Positions 18,897-27,426 of a stretch of DNA of 64,000 nucleotides are shown one piece after another. The stretch covers positions 3,423-67,422 of the forward strand of contig CAZKCM010000018.1 of the NCBI GenBank assembly GCA_964551315.1, given 5' to 3'. This DNA comes from an uncultured Rhodospirillaceae bacterium. GTDB taxonomy: Bacteria > Pseudomonadota > Alphaproteobacteria > Dongiales > Dongiaceae. The translations under genes and the position numbers were made by a program. The notes under the pieces were generated by a model that saw nothing but the letters and a program-made list of their open reading frames with translations, searched no databases and had not been told where the DNA came from. Positions within the stretch are counted from its first letter, which is position 1, and each line of letters begins with the position of its first letter.

Positions 18897-20873
18897 ATGC
18901 CGTCGCGCCGCACCAGGAAATCGGGGATCCCGTGGCGGCGCGCGGCCGCGGCCCTGCTCATCGCCCTCGGCTTGGCGGCCGCCTATGCCGGCCTCTGGAA
19001 CGCGCCGCTGGTGGCCGCGATCGAGGGCCAGACCCTCGGCTGGCGCTTCCATCTCCGGGGACCCGTGGCTCCGCCCCCGGGGATCGCGATCCTCGCCATC
19101 GATGACCGGACGATCGGCGCGCTGAAGCGCTGGCCGTTGCCCCGGCGCGCCCTTGCCGAGGCCGTCGAGCGGCTCGACGCCGCCGGGGCGGCGGTCATCG
19201 GCCTCGACCTCCTGCTCCTCGACCTCGAGCAGCCAACGGACGGGATCGCGCTGGGGCCCGGCGACCAGAGGCTGCGCGCGGCCCTCCGGCGGTCGGGCCG
19301 CGTCGTGCTGGGCATGGCCTTCACCTTCGGCCCGTCCGCGCCGATGGATGACGAGAGCACCTCGGCAGCGGTTCGCGCGGCGGCCTTTCCCGTCGTTCAC
19401 CGTGCCGCCGGTCGGGCGCAGCCCGTCCTTCAGGCGACGGGCGCCCTGGTTCCCATTGCGCCGCTGCGGGAAGCCGCCCGGCTGGGGCAGGTCAACGTCC
19501 TCGCGGACGAGGACGGCGTGCTGCGCCACCTCCACCTCGCCATCGGATTCGAAGGCGACTACGTCCCGGCTTTTCCGGTCGAGGTCGCCCGCCGGTTCCT
19601 GGGCGTGAGCGCGGCGGAGACGGCCCTTCTCCTCGGTCGCGGCCTGCTGATCGGGGATCGCATCGTCCCCGCCGATCCGATGCTGCGTCTCGCGATCAAC
19701 TACTACGGCGGCGCGGGGACCATCCCCACCCATTCCATGATCGACCTGCTCGAGGGCCGGATCCCGGCCGAGAGCTTCGCCGGCCGCGTGGTTCTGGTCG
19801 GCGCCACGGCGCTCGGCGCGGGCGACAGCTTCGTCACGCCGTTCAGCCGCACGCTGCCGGGCGTCGAGGTCCTTGCCACGGCGGTCGGCAACATCGTCGG
19901 CGGCGAGGTGTTGGCCCGCACGACGGAGACGATCGGCTGGGACGTGGCCGCGATATTGCTCCTCGGGCTGGCCGGCTTCGCCGTCGCCCATCTGCCGTCG
20001 CCGGCGCTTGCCGCGCTGGCCGCGCTCGCGCTGCTGGGCGGCTGGGCGGCGGTGGCGCAGCTTGCCTTCGAAGAACGCCTGCTGTGGCTCAACGTGACCT
20101 TCCCGGCCCTTGCGATCCTGCTGAGCGCGATCGTCGCCGGGGTCGGCCGCACGGTGGCGGAGCGGCGGCTGCGGCGGGACGTGGAACGGCAGCGCCGGAA
20201 CCTGTCGCGCTATCACTCGCCGTTGATCGCGGATCTTCTGGCCGAGAATGACCGGCCGGGCTTCGAGGAGCGCGAGCAGCCCGCCGCGATCCTGTTCGTC
20301 GACCTGCGGGGCTTCACCGGCCGCAGCGAGCGGATGACGCCGGCCGACACCGCGCATTTCCTGCGCGACTTCCACCGCCGGATCGAGCGTGCCGCGCTGA
20401 CCCATGGCGGGATCCTGGTGCAGTTTACCGGTGACGGCGCCATGGTGATCTTCGGCATGTCGTCCCCCGGCCCGCGGGACGCCGCGGCGGCCCTGGCCTG
20501 CGCCCGCGATCTGGCCGCGGCGGTGCGCGACTGGAGCCGAAGCCTCGTTGCGGAGGGTCGGGCACCGCTCGCGATCGGTGTCGGCATTCACTACGGTCCC
20601 GTCGTCATCACGCGCCTCGGCGGGCAGGAGCAGCTGCAGCTCACCGCCGCCGGCGACACCGTGAATGTGGCGAACCGGCTGGAGGCTCTCACGAAGATTT
20701 ATGGGGCGACCTTCGCCGTGTCCGGCGCCGTGGTCGCGGCCGTGCAGGCGGCCGGCAGGGACGACCTCCTCGCCGGGTTCGCGGAGCTTTCGGAGCAGCC
20801 GATCCGTGGCCGGGAGGGGACGATCCCGGTATGGGTCGCCGGCGAGGCGAAGGACGCTTCACCGCCGCTCTAG
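18897..20873 (+). CDS. CHASE2-domain class III adenylate/guanylate cyclase
   Basis: AIDD, WPLPR, IGLD, DEDGVLR, GVE (CHASE2); 3 TM; FVDLRGFT, GDG, GIHYG, GDTVNVANRLE. Confidence 0.92.
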   Translation: MPSRRTRKSGIPWRRAAAALLIALGLAAAYAGLWNAPLVAAIEGQTLGWRFHLRGPVAPPPGIAILAIDDRTIGALKRWPLPRRALAEAVERLDAAGAAVIGLDLLLLDLEQPTDGIALGPGDQRLRAALRRSGRVVLGMAFTFGPSAPMDDESTSAAVRAAAFPVVHRAAGRAQPVLQATGALVPIAPLREAARLGQVNVLADEDGVLRHLHLAIGFEGDYVPAFPVEVARRFLGVSAAETALLLGRGLLIGDRIVPADPMLRLAINYYGGAGTIPTHSMIDLLEGRIPAESFAGRVVLVGATALGAGDSFVTPFSRTLPGVEVLATAVGNIVGGEVLARTTETIGWDVAAILLLGLAGFAVAHLPSPALAALAALALLGGWAAVAQLAFEERLLWLNVTFPALAILLSAIVAGVGRTVAERRLRRDVERQRRNLSRYHSPLIADLLAENDRPGFEEREQPAAILFVDLRGFTGRSERMTPADTAHFLRDFHRRIERAALTHGGILVQFTGDGAMVIFGMSSPGPRDAAAALACARDLAAAVRDWSRSLVAEGRAPLAIGVGIHYGPVVITRLGGQEQLQLTAAGDTVNVANRLEALTKIYGATFAVSGAVVAAVQAAGRDDLLAGFAELSEQPIRGREGTIPVWVAGEAKDASPPL

Positions 20874-21610
20874 CGCCGGCCCGCGTCGCTCCCCGGTCTG
20901 TCCCAACGGTCGAGCGCCCGCCGTGCATCCTGGATGAATGCGCTTCGGCGGACCGCGGCGAGCAGCGCGTCGCGGACCAGCGCGGCCGGAAGACGCATCG
21001 GCCGCTTGACGTGAAGGATCAGCACGACGCGATCCTCGTCTGTCTCGTTCCAGATTTCGTGAGGGCGGAGGTCGTCGAAGACGAGCACCTTGCCGTCCCG
21101 CCAGGCATGGACCTGATCGGCCACCCCGATGCGGCAGCGTTCTCGATCCTTCGGAATCCGGAGGCCGAGATGGCAGGTCAGGATCGCCTTGGTCACCCCC
21201 GTGTGCCGCGGGATGTGCGCGCCCGGCCAGAGCACCGAGAAGAGGGCCGTCTGCAGGTCGGGGATGCGTTCGATCAGTTCGACCGTTCGCGGGCAGCGCC
21301 GGCAGTTCGCCTCCGAGCGGATGCCGTATCCCCAAAGGAAGAAGGACCGCCATCGGTCGTCCTCGGCGATGCGGCGGTGGTCGGGCGAGATCTGTCGAAG
21401 AGGCGGGATCGAATCGCGATCGGCGAGGACGCGATCGGCCTCCTCCCGGATCGCGCGCCAGTTCCGTTCCAGCTTCGCTGCCCAGGGGAACAGCGCCGTA
21501 TCGAAGACCGCCGGGTCGCCGACCAGCGAATATCGGACGAGCAGGCGATCGACGTAGGGCAGAAGATGAAGTCCGAGCCAGATGGTGGCGGCACGCCGGC
21601 GTTCCTGCAT
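20870..21610 (-). CDS. Aspartyl/asparaginyl beta-hydroxylase family (LpxO-like) dioxygenase
   Basis: LERNWRAIREE, CPRT, FSVLWPGAHIPRHTG, HLGL, FDD..HEIWN. Confidence 0.88.
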   Translation of the reverse strand: MQERRRAATIWLGLHLLPYVDRLLVRYSLVGDPAVFDTALFPWAAKLERNWRAIREEADRVLADRDSIPPLRQISPDHRRIAEDDRWRSFFLWGYGIRSEANCRRCPRTVELIERIPDLQTALFSVLWPGAHIPRHTGVTKAILTCHLGLRIPKDRERCRIGVADQVHAWRDGKVLVFDDLRPHEIWNETDEDRVVLILHVKRPMRLPAALVRDALLAAVRRSAFIQDARRALDRWDRPGSDAGRR

Positions 21611-21837
21611 CGTCCGCTCATCCTTCACCGGTCGGGATCATTCCCAGTCCGATTCGATCCGCCTTGCAGGCCGCTCGCGGCAGGCTTCTTCGGTGAGCGG
21701 CTTGGCCTGTGTGCGCGGTATCGAGAGACTTCGCCCGGCAATTATGCAATTACCTGACTTCAGAGGGTTAGAATCTGCGCGCCGAGTTCTTATCTTAGAT
21801 ACCAATTTCTCCCTCTGGCGAATGAGTTGGAATAGAG

Positions 21838-22335
21838 ATGAACGAACAACATAACGAAAAGGCCAAGCCCGAAGACGTGCGGATCGCAGAGATGACGACG
21901 CGGATCGTCACCTCCTACCTTTCGCACAATACGGTGTCGCCCGGCGAGCTTCCCCAGGTGATCAGTTCGGTGGCGAGCGGGCTGCGCGCGCTTGAGGCGC
22001 AGGCGGAAGCGGCGACGGGGGCCCCCGCACCGGTGGTTCCCGTGCAGAAGTCCGTGACGCGGAACCATGTCGTGTGCCTCCTGTGCGGCGAGAAGCACAA
22101 GATGCTCAAGCGGCATCTGACCACGACGCACCAGCTGTCGCCTCGCGAGTATCGGGAGATGTTCAACCTGCGGAGCGACTATCCGCTGGTTGCGCCCGAA
22201 TATGCGAAGCGGCGTTCACAGCTGGCGCGCGAGCACGGACTCGGCCGCAAGGGCGGAGCCGAGCGTTCGGAGCCGGCCCGTCGTTCGAAGTCGTCGGGGC
22301 GGAAGGGCTCTTCGAACGAGACCAAGGCGGCCTGA
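21838..22335 (+). CDS. mucR: MucR/Ros family zinc-finger regulator
   Basis: IVTSYLSHN, PVVPVQKSV, CLLC..K.LKRHL...H, EYR, DYPLVAPEYAKRRSQLA. Confidence 0.9.
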   Translation: MNEQHNEKAKPEDVRIAEMTTRIVTSYLSHNTVSPGELPQVISSVASGLRALEAQAEAATGAPAPVVPVQKSVTRNHVVCLLCGEKHKMLKRHLTTTHQLSPREYREMFNLRSDYPLVAPEYAKRRSQLAREHGLGRKGGAERSEPARRSKSSGRKGSSNETKAA

Positions 22336-22557
22336 GGTCACCTTCGAACAGGGGGCGAATCAGGCTCCTCGTCCCGCGCCGTTTCGCGCGCGCGTTTTCC
22401 CGTGCTTCTGGCCGATCACCCGGCTGCCGCAGGAGGCTCCTGGCCGTCCTCGGCGATGGCTCGGTCGCGGCCTTCGTTTGATGGCCGCGGCTTGGGTCCG
22501 ATTCGGGAAGGCCGTGCGGAAGGTCAGGGGAGCGCTTCCTGCGGCCGCGTCGGGTTT

Positions 22558-22863
22558 CTACTCGGCGGGGCCGCCGGACGGCTGGGGGGTGCCGGCGGTT
22601 ATTGCGCGCCGGTCGCCCCTGCTGCCGGCTCGGGAAGGGCCATCGAAGACCCCTTCGATCCGGCTCTGTTCGGTGGTGCGCGACCAGACGCCGCCGTCCG
22701 CCGCTTTGGCGGCACGGCGATCGAGCTTGATTGCGATCTCGACGAACTCGCGCGCGCGGGCGATGCGGCCCTCCTTCTCGGCGATATCCGCAAGTTGCCA
22801 GTAACGCCCGGCGGTCCGCCGGTGCGTCGCCGCCGCAGTCGATCTTCGAACGAGGGGGCGCAT
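22558..22863 (-). CDS. Hypothetical small protein downstream of a CtrA-type box
   Basis: 101-aa ORF with helical-looking core (YWQLADIAEKEGRIARAREFVEIAIKLD); no family recognised. Confidence 0.45.
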   Translation of the reverse strand: MRPLVRRSTAAATHRRTAGRYWQLADIAEKEGRIARAREFVEIAIKLDRRAAKAADGGVWSRTTEQSRIEGVFDGPSRAGSRGDRRAITAGTPQPSGGPAE

Positions 22864-22887
22864 GGCGTGGAGACTTGCCGCCTAACC

Positions 22888-22902
22888 TTAAGAAACGCTT
22901 AA
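22888..22902. promoter_or_regulatory. CtrA-type box TTAA-GAAACGC-TTAA
   Basis: Perfect TTAA-N7-TTAA in an intergenic region. Confidence 0.7.
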
Positions 22903-22945
22903 GAACGGCGGCGGAAATCCTTGAACGCAAGCGCGATCTCGCCGG

Positions 22946-23263
22946 CTACTGGTTGTTCAGCAGCTGTTCCATGCGATTCAGCTCGCGGCGCCGGTCCCGA
23001 AGCACTTCCCGTCCGCGGGGGGTGTCGTCCAGCCGCTGGCGTTCGAGGGGCGACAGGCCGCTTCGCAGCCGCGAGCGATAGGCCTCGGCGACGCCTTCTT
23101 GCGACGGCGACAGTTCGTTCGGGGGCGGGTTGAAGCGGTAGGGGGCGAGGCGGCGGCCGTCGAGCGGCTCGGTCGCCGATGCGCCGCCGGACCAGGCAAG
23201 CGTCGCGACGAGGAGGGCAGGGGCGAGGAGGTCCGGTGCCAACGCTTTGCGGACGAATCGCAT
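22946..23263 (-). CDS. Hypothetical secreted protein
   Basis: Signal peptide (ALLVATLAWSGGASA) followed by a coiled-coil-like C-terminus. Confidence 0.6.
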   Translation of the reverse strand: MRFVRKALAPDLLAPALLVATLAWSGGASATEPLDGRRLAPYRFNPPPNELSPSQEGVAEAYRSRLRSGLSPLERQRLDDTPRGREVLRDRRRELNRMEQLLNNQ

Positions 23264-23349
23264 GAGGGACTCTGCCGTCAATGGCTGCGGGTTCTAGGAT
23301 AGATAGGGTCCGGCGGCCGCATCGCCAGTCGCAGGCGACGGCGCCGCCG

Positions 23350-23529
23350 TCACCCGGCGAAGAGCACGTACAGCCAATAGAGCGGCCAGAACAGTCCGGC
23401 GAGCCAGTCGAGCAGCAGCGTCAGCGCACATCCGCCGATGCCTACGCAGGTGTCCCAGTCGCGGATGACGAGCAGGACGAAGGTGACGAGGCCGATCAAC
23501 CCGTATAGGCCGCCGCCGAAAAAGGCCAT
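23350..23529 (-). CDS. 59-aa two-TM membrane microprotein (absent from ORF track)
   Basis: MAFFGGGLYGLIGLVTFVLLVIRDWDTCVGIGGCALTLLLDWLAGLFWPLYWLYVLFAG; GC3-rich codons. Confidence 0.65.
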   Translation of the reverse strand: MAFFGGGLYGLIGLVTFVLLVIRDWDTCVGIGGCALTLLLDWLAGLFWPLYWLYVLFAG

Positions 23530-23591
23530 GTCTCAGCCCCATCGCCCGCGTTCGGCGGGCGGGGCCCGGACCGCCGCTTGCAATGAGAGCC

Positions 23592-23780
23592 TCATGTCCG
23601 TGCGGAGCGCGGACCCAGGAACAGCCACAGGAGGAAGCCGAGAACCGGGAGGACCAGGATGCCGACGGTCCACAGGACCTTGGCGGAGGTCGAGGCGTGG
23701 CTGCCGATGACGTTGATGATCGCCCAGACGTCGGCGATCAGCACCAGGAGGCCGAAGATTCCGCCAACCTCGATATCCAT
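23592..23780 (-). CDS. PLDc N-terminal-domain small membrane protein
   Basis: ADVWAII, KVLW, LPVLG, WLFLGP. Confidence 0.85.
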   Translation of the reverse strand: MDIEVGGIFGLLVLIADVWAIINVIGSHASTSAKVLWTVGILVLPVLGFLLWLFLGPRSART

Positions 23781-24035
23781 CGACCATGCTCCTCAGCGTT
23801 GCGACAAGACGGGTCGGCTCGTTCTCGTTGCGCCGCCATCGGCGGTGACGGGATCAAGCGGTCGCGTCGACGGGCAACAAACGCGAGCGACCACCGAAAT
23901 TCCGGGCTAGTCTTCCGTTGAAGAACGCTCTCGAACTGCTTGTGCTCACGCCGTCTATTCACGACGAACGAAGGCCCGGCGGAAAAGTTCCGGCAGACTC
24001 ACGGTGAAATCGCGGCGTTTCGCAGTGACGCGCCG

Positions 24036-25424
24036 TCAGCGGGCGCCCTGTGGCCACAGGATGACGCGGATCGTCTGGAGCAGGATCAGGAGATCGATGA
24101 AAATGCTGTAGTTCTTCACGTAGTAGAGGTCGAACTTCAGCTTTTCCTGCGCGTCGCGGATCGAAGCGCCATAGGGATAGTTGATCTGGGCCCAGCCGGT
24201 GATGCCGGGTTTGAGGACGTGGCGGTACTGATAGAACGGGATCTCGCGCGTCAGGTCGGCGACGATCGACGGGCGCTCCGGCCGCGGCCCGACGAAGCTC
24301 ATCTCGCCCCGCAGCACGTTGTAGATCTGCGGAATCTCGTCGACCCGGATCTTGCGGATGATCGAGCCGACGGTCGTCACCCGGCTGTCGTTGACGGAGG
24401 CCCAGCGGGGAATCCCGTCCTTTTCTGCATCGACGCGCATGCTCCGGAACTTCAGGGCGAAGAAGCTCTTGCCGTGCTGCCCGACCCGCTCCTGCCGGTA
24501 AAAGATCGGGCGGCCGTCCTCGATTAGGATGGCGAGCATGGTGAGCAGCGTCACCGGTAGGGTGAACAGCAGCAGGCTCAGGCTGACGACGATGTCGAAG
24601 AGGCGCTTTGCCGCACGCTCGACGCGTCCCCGCATCCCACCGTCGGAGAAGATCAGCCAGCTGGGGTAGAGGCCTTCCAGTTCCACCTGGCCGAGCTCGC
24701 GCTCGCAGAAGGTCGCCAGGTTGGTGACCCGGATGCCCCGGAGCCGGCAGGCGAGGAGCGTGTCCATCGGCAGGTTGCCGCGCCGTTCCTCGAGCGCAAG
24801 GACGATCTCCTCGACGTTGAAGCGCTCGCACAGCGCGGCCAGGTCGTTGACCGTCTTGAAGACTCTCTTTTCATCGACGCAGACGGCGCACAGGTCCGTC
24901 TGGACGAAGCCGACCAAGGCAAATCGCGCCGGCCGGAACTTCCGCTCGATGTTCTCGACGCGTTTGGCCTGCGGCCCGGCGCCCAGGACCAGAACGCGGC
25001 GCTTGAAGGCGTCGAGGTCCGCCACGCGGCGGAACAGAAGCCGGGCGACGAACACGGCCCAGGCGCCGATGGCGATCCCGGGAAGGAAGGCGCTGACCCA
25101 GATGCGGGTGCCCGGGATGAAGTAGAACAGAATCGAAAGAATGAAGACGCAAAAGACAAAGCTGACAACGATCCGTAGGGCGACCTCCTTCGCATCCAGA
25201 ATGAATTGCCGATGATAAAGCCCCATCGTGAAAAGGCACAGGACGGCAACGGCCACGAAGCTCGCCCGCTGGACGAAGGACTCGTCCGACAGGCTCAATA
25301 CGGTATCAATGCTGGCATAACTTGTTATAAATCCAAGCGATATAGAAAAAAACAACAAAATTACATCGACGATACCAAGTACAAAGAAGGCACTCGGCAC
25401 GTAAACGTTGAAAATCCGAATCAT
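24036..25424 (-). CDS. PEP-CTERM/XrtA-system sugar transferase (polyprenyl glycosylphosphotransferase, TIGR03013-like)
   Basis: KRLFDI, YRQERVG, KFRSM, DEIPQ, MSFVGPRPERP, KPGITGWAQINYPYGAS, DLYY. Confidence 0.93.
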   Translation of the reverse strand: MIRIFNVYVPSAFFVLGIVDVILLFFSISLGFITSYASIDTVLSLSDESFVQRASFVAVAVLCLFTMGLYHRQFILDAKEVALRIVVSFVFCVFILSILFYFIPGTRIWVSAFLPGIAIGAWAVFVARLLFRRVADLDAFKRRVLVLGAGPQAKRVENIERKFRPARFALVGFVQTDLCAVCVDEKRVFKTVNDLAALCERFNVEEIVLALEERRGNLPMDTLLACRLRGIRVTNLATFCERELGQVELEGLYPSWLIFSDGGMRGRVERAAKRLFDIVVSLSLLLFTLPVTLLTMLAILIEDGRPIFYRQERVGQHGKSFFALKFRSMRVDAEKDGIPRWASVNDSRVTTVGSIIRKIRVDEIPQIYNVLRGEMSFVGPRPERPSIVADLTREIPFYQYRHVLKPGITGWAQINYPYGASIRDAQEKLKFDLYYVKNYSIFIDLLILLQTIRVILWPQGAR

Positions 25425-26116
25425 GACGAAGTGCCTTGACTGGAATCCTCAGTCTCGTGTGTTTGCCTCGGCGCGCTGAGCCGGGCCAAAGAGTTCCGCA
25501 TAGAAACCATTTCGCGACCAGTTTGGCCGGACTATAGGTCCGCAAATTTAAGAATGCATTATCTTTAGATTAGGTTTGCCGAAGTGTCGATGGATCGCTG
25601 TCGATCGACGCGGCGTCGGCGACGGGTCGTGTCGATTGGACGCGGGCAATTGGGCGGTCTCCAGACGTCGGTATTGGCCACCGTGCTTGTCGGGCTGTGC
25701 TTTGCCGATTGGGCCGCTCACCGGTGATCGAGAGCGGTCGCAGGGGCAAAAACGCTGAAGCCGCTGCTTTGTTCCTCCGTGCCCTGGAGTTTCGCCCGGA
25801 GCCGGCTTGACGGCGCGGCATTCGAGTCCCCGCCGGCCGGCATTCGCAGATGTCGGCCGCCGCCGCAGAGCCGGGCGGGCGGCGCGGTATCTGTCAGAGG
25901 GTCAGAAAATACCGAAAGAGGCTGCCGATGGCGAGCCAGCCAAGGAGGCTGAGCGCCGCGACGGCGAGTACGCTGGACTGCCGCGACCACCTGCGGCCCG
26001 GGGCACGGAGCGCCAAGCGGTCGGTTGCACGGGCGGTTGTCTCAGCGATCTCGGCCATGTGTCCACCCCCGGCTCATCAAAGATCGACGGCTTCCTAAGA
26101 GCAAATCGACAAAAGC

Positions 26117-26131
26117 TTAATGTAAGGTTAA
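26117..26131. promoter_or_regulatory. CtrA-type box TTAA-TGTAAGG-TTAA
   Basis: Perfect TTAA-N7-TTAA, 95 bp upstream of the GT4 gene. Confidence 0.7.
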
Positions 26132-26225
26132 GGTTGAAAGTCGCCGCGCCGGTCGGTGGCCACTAACCGTGGACAGCGTGCCGCCGGCCCTCTAAGAAAG
26201 GGCGGTTTCTGTCCGGTGCGATGTC

Positions 26226-27407
26226 ATGCCTTCGGGTCGCGGCACGGTTCTTCATCTCGCGCATGTCTTCCCCAGCTTCGCTGTCGGCGGGCAGCAGGTC
26301 CGTTTCGTCACGCTGGCGAACGCGCTGCGGGACCGGTATCGCCACACGGTGCTGGCGATGGACGGGAATCTGACCTGTCGCGACCTGCTCGACGGCGCGG
26401 TCGACTGCCATGCCCTTCCGCTGAATGCCCGGAAGTCGAGCGGGCTCAGCATCGAGAACCTCGTCCGGTTCCGCCGGCACCTGGCCCGTCTGCGCCCGGA
26501 CCTCCTCCTCACCTACAACTGGGGGTCGACCGAATGGGCTCTCGTCAATCGGTGGCGACCCGTGTGCCCGCACCTCCATTTCGAGGACGGTTTCGGCGCG
26601 GAGGAGAGCGGCGAGCGGCAGCTTCGTCGGCGCGTGCTGTTCCGGCGCCTCGCCCTGACCGGGCCGACCACCCGTGTCGTCGTGCCGTCGACGACGCTGC
26701 GCCGGATCGCCCTCGATGTCTGGCGTCTGGACCCCGAGCGGGTTCTCTACATCCCGAACGGGATCGATTGCGCGCGGTTCGCACAGCCGCCCGAGGCGTC
26801 GGCCGCGGCTCGGATCGGACGGCGGGAGGATGACCTCGTCATCGGCACGATCGGGGCGCTGCGGCCGGAGAAGAACTTCGGCCGGCTGATTCGCGCTCTG
26901 GCCGCCCTGCCGGCGAAGGGGCGCCCGCCCCGGCTCGTTGTGGTAGGCGGGGGACCGGAGCGGTCGGCGCTGGAGACCCTGGCGCGGGATTGCGGGGTGG
27001 CCGACCGGGTCCTCTTCACCGGGCCGATCGAACGGCCCGAAGGGGTTCTGGGCCTGTTCGATCTCTTCGCCCTGTCCTCGGACACCGAGCAGATGCCCTA
27101 TACGATCCTGGAGGCCATGGCGGCCGGCCTGCCAATCGTCGCCACCGACGTCGGCGACGTGAAGGCGATGGTGGCCGCGGAAAACAGGCCCTTCGTCGTC
27201 CCCAAGGACGATCCGGCGCGCTTTGTGCAGGCTCTCGACCGGCTGCTGAGTGCTCCCGGGGACCGTCGGCGGCTCGGCGCCGCGAACCAGCAACGCGCCC
27301 GCGAGACCTTCGACCAGCGCGCCATGATCGCCACCTATGACGGCCTTTTCGCGGCGATGACCGGGGCGGCCGGCGCAGCGGCGGCTGGGACGTCGCCGGC
27401 GGTGTGA
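26226..27407 (+). CDS. GT4 family glycosyltransferase
   Basis: FAVGGQQ, IPNGID, LRPEKN, SSDTEQMPYTILEAMAAGLPIVATDVGD. Confidence 0.92.
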   Translation: MPSGRGTVLHLAHVFPSFAVGGQQVRFVTLANALRDRYRHTVLAMDGNLTCRDLLDGAVDCHALPLNARKSSGLSIENLVRFRRHLARLRPDLLLTYNWGSTEWALVNRWRPVCPHLHFEDGFGAEESGERQLRRRVLFRRLALTGPTTRVVVPSTTLRRIALDVWRLDPERVLYIPNGIDCARFAQPPEASAAARIGRREDDLVIGTIGALRPEKNFGRLIRALAALPAKGRPPRLVVVGGGPERSALETLARDCGVADRVLFTGPIERPEGVLGLFDLFALSSDTEQMPYTILEAMAAGLPIVATDVGDVKAMVAAENRPFVVPKDDPARFVQALDRLLSAPGDRRRLGAANQQRARETFDQRAMIATYDGLFAAMTGAAGAAAAGTSPAV

Positions 27408-27426
27408 GGCGGACGTCGCGGCCGTC

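Noticed and set aside
25346-25352. A7 tract in the sugar transferase as a phase-variation switch
   Set aside because: Too short, in frame, and explained by Leu/Phe codons in an AT-rich patch
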